Positions 38,903-51,430 of a stretch of 64,000 nt of DNA are shown one piece after another; position 1 is the stretch's first letter; each line of letters starts with the position of its first letter. The position numbers and the translations under genes were made by a program. A model generated the notes under the pieces. That model did not search any database. It was not told where the DNA came from and saw only the letters and a list, made by a program, of their open reading frames with translations. Origin of the DNA: Phyllobates terribilis (taxonomy: Eukaryota); NCBI RefSeq assembly GCF_046119375.1, contig NW_027362768.1:370140001-370204000 (forward strand), written 5' to 3'.

Positions 38903-41900
38903 ATGTGTGGCCGCACCGCCTGCACACTGGGCCCGGAGGACGTCAGTAAAGCCTGTGAATATAGAGACAAGCGAGGGCAAAGACAGTGTCCGCAATGGAG
39001 GGACGGCGACTCCGAGAAGTACCGGCCCTCGTACAATAAAAGCCCCCAGTCCAACAGCCCTGTCCTCCTGTCCATGAAGCATTTTCAGAAGGTAACAGGA
39101 CTGTACAGCTGGGGGGTCGGCAGAGGTGTGGAGGGGGGCACTAGGATTTTCATCAGTGTAGGACCCCCATCAATATGTAGATTAGGGGATCATGACCCCT
39201 GCAGCCTTTTGGTTATATATATATATAATATATATAATATATATTAGTACAGACCAAAAGTTTGGACACACCTTCTCATTTAAAGATTTTTCTGTATTTT
39301 CATGAGTATGAAAATTGTACATTCACACTGAAGGCATCAAAACTATGAATTAACATATGTGGAATTATATACTTAACAAAAAAGTGTGAAACAGCTGAAA
39401 ATATGTCTTATATTCTAGGTTCTTCAAAGTAGCCACCTTTTGCTTTGATGACTGCTTTGCACACTCTTGGCATTCTCTTGATGAGCTTCAAGAGGTAGTC
39501 ACCGGAAATGGTCTTCCAGTAATCTTGAAGGAGTTCCCAGAGATGCTTAGCACTTGTTGGCCCTTTTGCCTTCACTCTGCGGTCCAGCTCACCCCAAACC
39601 ATCTCGATTGGGTTCAGGTCTGGTGACTGTGGAGGCCAGGTCAGCTGGCGTAGCACCCCATCAGTCTCCTTCTTGGTCAAATAGCCCTTCCACAGCCTGG
39701 AGGTGTTTGGGGTCATTGTCCTGTTGAAAAATAAATGATGATCCAACTAAACGCAAACCGGATGGAATAGCATGCCGCTGCAAGATGCTGTGGTAGCCAT
39801 GTGGGTTCAGTATGCCTTCAATTTTGAATAAATCCCCAACAGTGTCACCAGCAAAGCCCCCCCACACCATCACACCTCCTCCTCCATGCTTCACGGTGGG
39901 AACCAGGCATGTAGAGTCCATCCGTTCACCTTTTCTGCGTCGCACAAAGACACGGTGGTTGGAACCAAAGATCTCAAATTTGGACTCATCAGACCAAAGC
40001 ACAGATTTCCACTGGTCTAATGTCCATTCCTTGTGTTCTTTAGCCCAAACAAGTCTCTTCTGCTTGTTGCCTGTCCTTAGCAGTGGTTTGCTAGCAGCTA
40101 TTTTACCATGAAGGCCTGCTGCACAAAGTCTCCTCTTAACAGTTGTTGAAGAGATGTGTCTGCTGCTAGAACTCTGTGTGACATTGACCTGGTCTCTAAT
40201 CTGAGCTGCTGGTAACCTGCGATTTCTGAGGCTGGTGACTCGGATAAACTTATCCTCAGAAGCAGAGGTGACTCTTGGTCTTCCTTTCCTGGGGCGGTCC
40301 TCATGTGAGCCAGTTTCTTTGTAGCGCTTGATGGTTTTTGCAACTGCACTTGGGGACACTTTCAAAGTTTGCCCAATTTTTCGCACTGACTGACCTTCAT
40401 TTCTTAAAGTAATGATGGCCACTCGTTTTTCTTTACTTAGCTGCTTTTTTCTTGCCATAATACAAATTCTAACAGTCTATTCAGTAGGACTATCAGCTGT
40501 GTATCCACCTGACTTCTGCACAACACAACTGGTGGTCCCAACCCCATTTATAAGGCAAGAAATCCCACTTATTAAACCTGACAGGGCACACCTGTGAAGT
40601 GAAAACCATTTCCGGTGACTACCTCTTGAAGCTCATCAAGAGAATGCCAAGAGTGTGCAAAGCAGTCATCAAAGCAAAAGGTGGCTACTTTGAAGAACCT
40701 AGAATACAAGACATATTTTCAGTTGTTTCACACTTTTTTGTTAAGTATATAATTCCACATGTGGTAATTCATAGTTTTGATGCCTTCAGTGTGAATGTAC
40801 AATTTTCATAGTCATGAAAATACAGAAAGATCTTTAAATGAGAAGGTGTGTCCAAACTTTTGGTCTGTACTGTATATATACATAGATAGAGAGATATATA
40901 TATATATCTATCTCTCTCACGCACAATTTTTTTTTTTTTGGCAGTTCGTAAGATCTCTGATTGTCATCATTGAATGGAAACATTCATTTTTTTATTTATT
41001 TTGTTTTGCACCTTCTCCGGGCTGGCGCATGATTTTCTACAAGGCTTCTGTATGACTTGCACCATAACGCCCAATGACCAAAACCCTTTCAATCTTTCTC
41101 TTTTCTGCCAGGATGCCAACTCTTCGGAGCGAGTCCTCGCTGCTATGCGCTGGGGTCTTATCCCCTCGTGGTTCACCGAAACAAACCCATCGAAAATGCA
41201 ATATAGCACGAACAACTGCCGTAGCGACACCATGAGCGAGAAGACTCTGTACAAGGCGAGTGTGATTCCTTAGACCACCCAAATATTGCTCCAGTGGATT
41301 TTTTTTTTTTTTTTTTTTTTTTCGGGGAGGGTGGGGGGATTGACTGATCGAACATAAGGCCTCTTCTTTCCCCCAGGGGCCGTTTTTTAAAGGCCGGAGA
41401 TGTGTGGTTCTGGCGGACGGATTCTATGAATGGAGACGACAGGACGGGGAGAAGCAGCCGTACTTTATATACTTCCCGCAGGTCAAATCTGAACAGGTGC
41501 CAGCAAATAAAAACTCCTTTATATATCATGAAACACACGTCACTGTCTTCAGGATCTCTGCTTGCTGTCATTAAACTGAACGTTGTTTCTGGGGATTTTA
41601 GGTAAATCTGTTGGAGTTTTTATTTTTTCTCCCCAGTATGAAGACACTAAGGACGGACCCGATGGAGGGGGTCAAAGGCTGCTCACCATGGCCGGATTGT
41701 TTGACTGCTGGGACCCCCCTGCAGGAGGCGGAGACCCTCTTTATTCCTACACTATTATCACAGTGGACGCCTCCAAAAGTATGGACTGGATTCATGACCG
41801 GTAAGTCAAAGCCTCCCTTATCCGTGACACCTCCTGCATCTCGCCGCTTCCATGTCTCCCATTGATTTCAGTGGACTGATGACTGTACACATGCAGCCAT

Positions 41901-44900
41901 TTTTCTACTGAGGGGGAAGACTGGGACCTTCTCGTTTTCCTTCTAGGCGTAAAGATTCCTGTGCCACATTGCAATATGGCATGTAATGATCGGCAGTTGC
42001 TGGGACTGACTGACACGACCATTGCAAAAAAATAATTCAACACTGTTGCGTTTCTGGTTGCAACTGTCCGCCTAGACTTTAGAGCAAGTCGACTTCCCGC
42101 CTAGACTTTAGAGCAAGTCGACTTCCCGCCTAGACTTTAGAGCAAGTCGACTTCCCGCCTAGACTTTAGAGCAAGTCGACTTCCCGCCTAGACTTTAGAG
42201 CAAGTCGACTTCCCGCCTAGACTTTAGAGCAAGTCACAGAAAGGTTGCACGATCTGGCGACATGACCTGTGTAGTTCTTCTGTATTTCCAGGAACAGAGC
42301 TGATATTATGGCTGATCAGACTCGTGCTTAAACCCCTTAACCCTGTGTCATCTGGTCCCCCATCAGTTCGTCTTCAGGTCACGGCGTTTGTGATAGTGTA
42401 ACTAGTGAAAGTGCCGACCTCTGTATCTCGCCTCTGCTGAATGGTTTCTTATTGACTCAGAGCTGGCGAAGCGGAAAGTGTCTCTTCCTGCGCACCGGCT
42501 TGTCTGTCAGCGCCGCCGCTTCCATTTCCCTTTTTCTAGACTGAGATTACATTTATTTCACATTTACTTACACTACAGAAATCAGAACAGAAAGATCTTA
42601 TATGATCTTTAAAGGGTTCGTTGGCCCCCGCAGGAGATGGGTGGTGCCGTCACGTCTACAGATATCTGCCGAGACCCCTGTGTGATGGCCAGAAGCCGAT
42701 GAGACCTCTTCCCTCTGACACAATTCTGCTCTTTTTATTTATTTGTCCTCTCTCGTCTGACAGGATGCCGGCAATTCTGGACGGTGATGAGGAGATCCAA
42801 AAATGGCTGGACTTTGGAGAGGTTCCTGCCAAAGAAGCGTTGAAACTTATACACCCCATCGAAAACATCACCTACCACCCTGTGTCCACCATCGTGAACA
42901 ACTCTCGGAACAACAGCCCCGAATGCATCTCTCCCATCATCCTGCAGAAGAAGAAGGCAAGTCTGCAAAATGCGGCCAAACCCCCTCCCGACTGTGTGAA
43001 ATTTCTTTTTTTTTTCTCTCCCCTTATACAAAGAGCCATAACTTTATTTTTCCATCAATATCGACGTATGAGGACTTGTGGTTGTTTTTTTTTTGTTTTG
43101 TTTTTTTTTAATAATGACCATATTAATTTTACCATATAATGTACTGGTAAAAATTCCAGGGTGGTTGAGTGTCTGTGTAGAGCAGGGATGTCAAACCTAA
43201 ACACACAGACGGACAAAATGAAAAACTTGGATAAAGTCGCGGGCCAAACAGTATACAGTATAATGCGCCCCACATAGTCCTCCATACAGAATAATGGACC
43301 CCACATAGTCCTCCATACAGAATAATGGACCCCACATAGTCCTCCATACAGAATAATGGACCCCACATAGTCCTCCATACAGAATAATGGACCCCACATA
43401 GTCCTCCATACAGAATAATGGACCCCACATAGTCCTCCATACAAAATAATGGACCCCGCATAGTCCTCCATACAGTATTAGCGGGGGCCCCACATAGGGG
43501 TGGTGGTTCTGGTGTCGGGGGCCAACTATAACCACCAGATTTGGCCCACGGGCCGGAGTTTGACATGTGTGGTGTAGAGGGGGGAGAAAAATGCAATTTA
43601 GCTATGCTGTGTGAGGGATTTTTTATTTTTTTTCTCCAAGTGGCAGATTGCATTTTTTATTTATTTATTTATTTTTGGATATATGATGTTTTGTTTACTT
43701 TATTGTTTCAGCAGCAGAAGGGAAGGAAGGGAGACACAGATCCATTACTAGTGGGTAGGTGGAGCCCCACAGGATAGTTCACCTCAGATTTATAAAAAGT
43801 GACGACCGGCCCCTCCAGTTTAGGCTCCTCCTACTCCCATGTCCTTCAGTCTAAAATTTGAGGTCGCAGAGGATAGTCGCTGCCTTTGCAGCTCCTCAGA
43901 AGAATTTTTTATTTTATCATTTCCGGAGACCTGGACCCCCGGTCTAGAGGTCTCAGAGGGTCTCGGCGCTGCTGGGACCCCTGACCCTCCCCTGGCAGAT
44001 CTGCGTACCCCCTAAGGAAGTCCCCGCTGAAGCCTGCCGGCCCCGGGGGATACAGGGCGCTCCCTGGCGGAGACGCACACCGCTTCTGTGGGGTCCCTGC
44101 GCGCTCCGCCGTGGGGGGGAGCAAAGGGCCACGGCGCAACACATCCCTGGGGGTCCCTGTGGCGCTCAGCTGGGTAAGTGCTCTCAGGGTCTGAGTGCTT
44201 CAGCGGCTGCGGTGGCAGCCGCTGTTACTGTACAAGTGGTGACTGCTGTTTTGTCCTTGCAGGAAGGATATCACCACTGCATTCGGCGTTTGTGTGACTC
44301 TGTTAGCAGGGGAGCAGGGACGGAGGAGCACGGGCTCCGTTAGTATGCGGCGGCGGGGGGCGTGGCTTCGCGCCCCTCTGCTGCCTGTCATCTTAGCCTC
44401 AGGCAGGAAGCGCCAGGAAAGCGTGCGCTGGAGCCTACCCAGCCCCTTCTTCTTCCGGGTCCTTCTGCCAGCGTCCATTACCTCGTGCAGCGCCTCCTGC
44501 TCCCTGCTCTCCGCTCTCTACACCACCAGACACCGGGAAGAGCAGTCACCGCGGCCAGCTGGTGAGTCACTTCTGCCTTTTAAGGCAGAAGATTCCTTTT
44601 TCTCACTCTTGCAGCGCAGAGCACCTTACTGCTGGCCTGTTAAGGCAGACAGGGTGTGCTATATCCGGCGCTGCTACCTCTCTGCTGAGGAGGCTCTGGG
44701 ACTCGCACACCTCTGTCCTTTTAAGGCAAAGGTGTATTGCGTGGTCAGCAGCATTAACCCCTTCTGAACGGGGTCTGGCCTCATCAGGGCAGTTAACCCT
44801 TTCTGGATGTGCATGCTTCTGAGTGCATCACCCTAGTCTGTTAGGTTAACTTTTGCTCTGCAGGCAGCTGGGGTAGCTCTTCTCCCTCTAAGGAGGAGCT

Positions 44901-47900
44901 TTAACCCTTCAGTGCTTGGTGATTTTTTGCGTAGGAACAGGCTGTGGTAGCGGAATCACGCATCCTCAGTTACTGTACCCATTGTAAGGGGTTATTACCG
45001 CCTTATCTGCGACGCTCGCAACTGTGTGGGGGCATGTCGGATCAGGGGGCGCGGACCTCTCTCCCGGTCCGCTTCAGGATCCTTCACGCGTATCTGATAC
45101 GGCGGGGTCTTCGACGGCGTCAGGTTCGACACTGGTCGGGGGGTCTCAGTGATGTTAAAGTGGAGGCGCTCACTCGCTCCATTGACAGTCTGTCTGACCT
45201 TCTGGGTCATTGGGTATCAGCTAAGTCCCAACCGACGTCACAAGGCAAGAAGCGCCACAGGCCTGTGGTGGCGCTGTCTCCTCCGCGCAGTGCGTCGGAG
45301 GCTTCGGAATCACCGACAGACTCTGCTGGGGAGATCTCCGATTCTGATGAAGAGGATCGGCAGGGTCGCTCAGCTTCGCTTTCGGGCCGCGTGGATGCTT
45401 TTATTGGGGCTATGCGGGAAGAGTTACAGCTGTCTGAAGAGGTGACGAGGCGCCCTGGCAAGTCGGCCCGGCTGTATCAGGAGTCACGTCGGGCTCGTTC
45501 GATGCTGCCGGCGCACGATGAACTTAACGAGGCAGTGGAGAAGGAACGCCCGTGTCCAGATAAACGCTTCCAGGGGATGCGGTTTTTTGATGCCCTGTAT
45601 CCCTGCTCCACGGAGACGATCGCTAATTGGGTCCCCTCTCCTGAAGTGGACGTGCCATTGTCTCAGCTGAGCAAATCCTCTTTGCTTCCTGTTAAAGGGA
45701 AGGCGAGTCTACAGGAACCGCTGGACAGAAGGACGGAGTTAGCGGCGAAGTCCATCTACGAGGCCGCGGGTCATGGATTCCGAGCGGCCTTGGGGGCCAT
45801 GTGGGCTGGTGAGGCTTCTCTGCGGTGGTTGGATCAGCTGCGGACGGCGTGGCATGATGGGACTCATCTGTCTGAGGTGGAAAGGCTTTTCCAGCTGTTG
45901 GAAGAGGCGGCCCGATATGGCAGGGATGCAGTGCTGGATACTACTTCGGTTCTGTCCAGGGCTCAATCTTCGGCCGTCACAGTCAGGAGAGCACTGTGGC
46001 TTAAACAGTGGACTGGGGACGCAGTATCCAAACAAGGTTTGCTGAGTCTGGCGTACAAGGGCGGTCAGCTTTTTGGTTCTGACCTCACGGAGCTGATTGC
46101 TAAGGCCAAGGATACGGCTTTGCCGCAGCGGAAAGCAGCGGCTTCTACGTCTGGCAAGTCAAGTGCCGGTAGTGGTCGTCGGTCCTTTCGGCCCAGGGGG
46201 CGGTTCCGTCAGCCCTCTTGGAGATCGGGTCGTCCCTCGTCTTCCGGCAAGAATACCACCCAGAAATCCCGTACACCCTGGAAACAACATTTCCGTCAGG
46301 TCAAAAGGGAGGTTGACAATAAGCCCGCTAAAGCGGACTGACGCCAGGAACCCTCTCGAGGGCTCTCGGGTGGGAGGTGGTCTGCTACAATTCGGGTCGA
46401 TTTGGGCGTCCCACGTATCGGACGCCTGGGTGACGCGGGTTATGTCGGCAGGCTATTTCATAGTTTCATTCTCGACCCTCGGACAGGTTTCGTCAGTCAC
46501 GCATCCCGTCCGAGCCCAAGCTGGCTGCCGCACTGCTGCGGGAGGTCGACTCTCTTCTGCAGCAGGGTGTGGTGGTTCCGGTTCCGCCGGAGGACCGGGG
46601 AAGGGGGTTTTACTCCAACCTTTTTGTGGTCCCCAAAAAGCAGGACAAGTTTCGCCCCATTCTGGACCTCAAAGAATTGAATTTTCATATCCGGACCCGG
46701 AAATTCCGTATGGAGTCTCTTCGCTCTGTCGTGGCGGCCTTGTCGCAGTACGATTTCTTGGTGTCGATCGACATCCGCGACGCCTATTTGCATGTCCCTA
46801 TCGGCAGGGCTCACCAGCGCTTCCTGCGTTTTGCCATAGGTCAGGCCCATTACCAGTTTGTGGCCCTTCCATTCGGGTTGGCCTCGGCGCCCAGGGTTTT
46901 TACAAAGATTCTGGCGCCGCTCATGGCGCTCCTTCGAAGGCAAGGAGTTACGATTCTCCCCTACCTGGACGACCTGTTAATTGCGTCGCCCACAGCGGAG
47001 GAGGCGGTGACAGCTCGCGATCTCTCCCTTCAGCACCTGGAGGACTTCGGGTGGCTGGTCAATTGGAAGAAGTCGTCATTGGAGCCGTCGCAGTCAATCC
47101 TGTTCTTGGGGATGCATTTCGACATGGTACGGGCAGTGGTGTCCCTGCCTCCGGACAAACAAGCGAACCTTCGTCACCATGTCCAGGCTATGAGGTCGGC
47201 GATGGCGATGTCCCTTCGGAAGTATATGCGCCTTCTGGGTCTGATGGTGGCGGCAATGGAAGCGGTACCGTTTGCACAATTTCATTCCCGGGGTCTCCAA
47301 GATCTTATTCTGACCCGTTGGGATCGATCGGCGGCTTCGCTGGATCGCTGTGTCGGTATCTCCCGCAGGGTGCGAGAGTCTCTTGGATGGTGGTTACGTC
47401 CGGAGGCTTTATCCCTGGGGAAATCCTTCCTCCTCCCACGGTGGTCGGTCATTACCACCGATGCCACCCTGACTGGCTGGGGGGGGGGGTTTGGAACGAT
47501 CTCTGGGTTCAGGGGGTCTGGTCGTCAGAGGAGTCGTCTCTGCCGATCAACATCCTGGAGTTGAGAGCGATATTTCTCTGCCTCCGACATTGGACGGTCC
47601 CTTTGAGCGGTCTGCCGGTCCGGATTCAGACGGACAATGCGACAGCTGTCGCGTATATCAACCATCAGGGCGGGACGAGGAGTTCCAGACTCATGATGGA
47701 GGTCTCTCAGATCCTGGTATGGGCCTAGTCCAGGGTTCCAGCCATCTCCGCGATTCACATCCCAGGAGTGCTGAATATCACGGCAGACTTCCTCAGTCGC
47801 GAGCAGGTGGTTCCCGGAGAATGGAGTCTTCATCCGGAAGTTTTTGCACTGCTGTGCTCCCGTTGGGGGACTCCCCAAGTGGACTTGATGGCATCCAGGC

Positions 47901-50900
47901 TGAACTCCAGGATTCCGACGTTCATGTTCAGGTACAGGGACCCGGAGGCTGTGTCGGTAGATGCTCTAGTGGCCCCGTGGGACCAGTTCGAGCTGATCTT
48001 CGTGTTTCCGCCGGTATCCTTACTTCCTCTGGTGATCCGGCGGATCAAACTCGAACGAATTTCCACGATTTTGGTGGCGCCGGATTGGCCGCGGAGGGCA
48101 TGGTATTCAACGCTGGTGTCTCTTCTGGCGGCGCCTCCGTTTCCACTGCCTCTTCGCCCGGACCTGTTAACCCAAGGGCCCATTCGCCATCCGGACCTGA
48201 AGTTGCTTCGTTTGACGGCGTGGCACTTGAGACCGAGATCTTGACCCGTCGTGAGTTTTCGGCCGAGGTCATTGCCACCTTGCGGGCGGCCAGAGGTCCA
48301 GCTACGACTAGGATTTATCACAGAACTTGGGAGGCCTTCTATTCATGGTGTTCTGGATCGTCAAGGAACCCGAGGGTTTTTTCCATTCCCAATTTCTTGG
48401 CTTTTCTGCAATGTGGTTTGGCCAAGGGTCTGGCGGTTGGTACCTTGCGGGGTCAGGTATCTGCACTATCCGTGCTTTTTCGGAAGGCTATTGCCTCGCG
48501 CAGGGATGTGCGTTCGTTTTTTCGCGGGGCTGCACGTCCGTTTCCGCCTCTGAGGGCGTTTGTGGCTCCTTGGCGGCTCAATCTAGTCTTGGAGGCTCTT
48601 CAGCATGGGCCGTTTGAGCCTATGGATTCAGCTACGCTTTACTTGCTTTCTTGGAAGGTGGCCTTCCTGGTGGCGGTCACCTCTTTGAGAAGGGTTTCTG
48701 AGTTGGCGGCACTGTCTTGCTCGCCCCCTTTTCTGGAGTTCCACTCGGATCGCGTGTTGCTTCGCACCCGTTGCGATTTTCTGCCTAAAGTGGTGTCGCG
48801 TTTCCACATCAATCAGGACATCGTGTTGCCCTCCCTCTGTCCGAAACCGAAGAGTCCAAAGGAGCGGGCCTTGCACTCGTTGGATTTGGTGCGGGCTTTG
48901 AAGTTCTATCTTACAATCACGCAAGGGTTTCGGAAGTCGGACTCTCTTTTTGTGATTCCTGCTGGTCGTCGGCGTGGTCAGCGGGCTTCCAAGGACACTA
49001 TAGCTCGGTGGATACGTTCGACTATCCTGGAAGCGTACCGGCTCAAGGGCGAGCCTTGTCCGGTTAAGGTTCGAGCTCATTCCACGAGAGCTGTTGGTTC
49101 GTCGTGGGCTTTTCGTCAGGGGGCCTTGGCAGCGCAGCTCTGCCGGGCGGCTACCTGGCGCTCCATTCACCCTTTTACTAAATTTTATAAAGTGGACGTC
49201 AGTGCTTCCGCCGATGCGGCCTTGGGCGCAGGGTCCTGCAGGCGGCGGTGGTTTAGGTTATCTCTTTTATCTAGTTTCGGCGCTTGTTGCGCGCTTGACT
49301 AAGTTGTTGGTGTGTTGGCGATTCTGCCACTGTTTCCCACCCTTGAGTTCTGGACTGCTTTGGGACGTCCCACTAGTAATGGATCTGTGTCTCCCTTCCT
49401 TCCCTTCTGCTGCTGAAAGACGGATTTTGGTAAGACCTTACCTGTAAAATCCTTTTCAGCGAAGGAAGGAAGGGAGACACAGCGCCCTCCCAGGGCAGAA
49501 GTGTTTTATAGTTTTTCAGATGCGGCGCGACCCCTCTCTGATGGCGGTCATCTGGGTTGGGGTCGGCGCGCTAGGGCTCTGTTCCAGCATTGCCAGCTCA
49601 TCGCAGTTGTCAGGTCCAGTGAGTAGTGCCTGGGACTGTGTGGTTTCTTCTACTTTATGCATAACCTGTTCTCTCGTTTTTTCTGAGTTTTCAGAAGGGG
49701 TTGTGTTGTTCCCCTGGTGTTATCTGCTCTTCCTTAGCTTGTGTACGAACTGAGGAACATGGGAGTAGGAGGAGCCTAGGCTGGAGGGGCCGGTCTTCAC
49801 TTTTTCTAATCTGGGGTGAACTATCCTGTGGGGCTCCGTCTACCCACTAGTAAAAATTATATTTTCACATAATCTGCTGGCCTCTGGTTTTTATTAGTGT
49901 TTGTCTGATGTTTATATCACATACAGAAATATAATTGCAATCATATTATGAGTACCAATAGGTTATATTGACAGTTAGAATGAGTTAATGCAGCAAGTCA
50001 ATATTTGCAGTGTTGCCCCTTCTTCTTCAAGACCTCTGTAATTCTCCCTGGCATGCTCTCAATCAACTTTTGGACCAAATCCTGACTGATAGCAGTCCAT
50101 TCTTGCATAATCAATGCTTGCATTTTGCTAGAATTTGTTGGTTTTTGTTTGTCCACCCGTCTCTTGATGATTGACCACAAGTTCTCAATGGGATTAAGAT
50201 CTGGGGAGTTTCCAGGCCATGGACCCAAAATCTCTATGTTTTGTTCCATGAGCCATTTAGTTATCACCTTTGCTTTATGGCAAGGTGCTCCATCATGCTG
50301 GAAAAGGCATTGTTGGGCGCCAAACTGCTCATGGACGGTTGGGAGAAGTTGCTCTTGGAGGACATTCTGGTACCATTCTTTATTCATGGCTGTGTTTTTA
50401 GGCAAGACTGTGAGTGAGCCGATTCCCTTGGCTGAGAAGCAACCCCACACATGAATGGTTTCAGGATGCTTTACAGTTGGCATGAGACAAGACTGGTGGT
50501 AGCGCTCACCTCTTCTTCTCTGAATAAGCTGTTTTCCAGATGTCTCAAACAATCGAAAAGGGGATTCATCAGAGAAAATGACTTTGCCCCAGTCCTCAGC
50601 AGTCCACTCCCTGTACCTTTTGCAGAATATCAGTCGGTCCCTGATGTTTTTTCTGGAGAGAAGTGGCTTCTTTGCTGCCCTCCTTGAAACCAGCCCTTGC
50701 TCAAAGAGTCTCCGCCTCACAGTGCGTGCAGAAGCACTCACACCAGCCTGCTGCCATTCCTGAGCAAGCTCGGCACTGCTGGTAGTCCCATCCCGCAGCT
50801 GAAACAGTTTTAAGATACGGTCCTGGCGCTTGCTGGTCTTTCTTGGGCGCCCTGGAGCCTTTTTGACAACAATGGAAGCTCTCTCCTTGAAGTTCTTGAT

Positions 50901-51392
50901 GATGCGATAGATTGTTGACTGAGGTGCAATCTTTGTAGCTGCGATACTCTTTCCTGTTAGGCCATTTTTGTGCAGTGCAATGATGGCTGCACGTGTTTCT
51001 TTAGAGATAACCATGGTTAACTGAAGAGAAACAATGATACCAAGAACCAGCCTCCTTTTAAAGTGTCCAGTGATGTCATTCTTACTTAATCATGACTGAT
51101 TGATCGCCAGCCCTGTCCTCATCAACACCCACACCTGTGTTAATGAATCAATCACTAAAACGATGTTAGCTGCTCCTTTTAAGGCAGGACTGCAATGATG
51201 TTGAAATGTGTTTTGGGGGTTAAAGTTCATTTTCTGGGCAAATATTGATTTGGCAAGTACAGTAATTGCTGTTAAGCTGATCACTCTTTGACATTCAGGA
51301 GTATATGCAAATTGCCATTACAAAAAATGAAGCAGTAAACTTTGGAAAAATTACTATTTGTCTCATTCTCAATACTTTTGGCCATGACTGTA

Positions 51393-51430
<38 letters not shown>

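Larger units (their letters stand above)
43706..49853 (+). mobile_element. DIRS1-type tyrosine-recombinase retrotransposon in the last HMCES intron, right terminus truncated
   Basis: Inverted terminal repeats at ~43745-43850 and ~49749-49853. An internal complementary region at 49369-49418 is the exact reverse complement of 43706-43755. It carries ORF1, RT/RNase H/methylase-like and YR coding regions. Confidence 0.95.

Noticed and set aside
41262-41263. GT at 41262 as the main donor for the second HMCES coding exon
   Set aside because: It is in frame but has a poor context (AGT/GTGATT) and adds two residues relative to vertebrate HMCES. It is kept only as a possible minor site.
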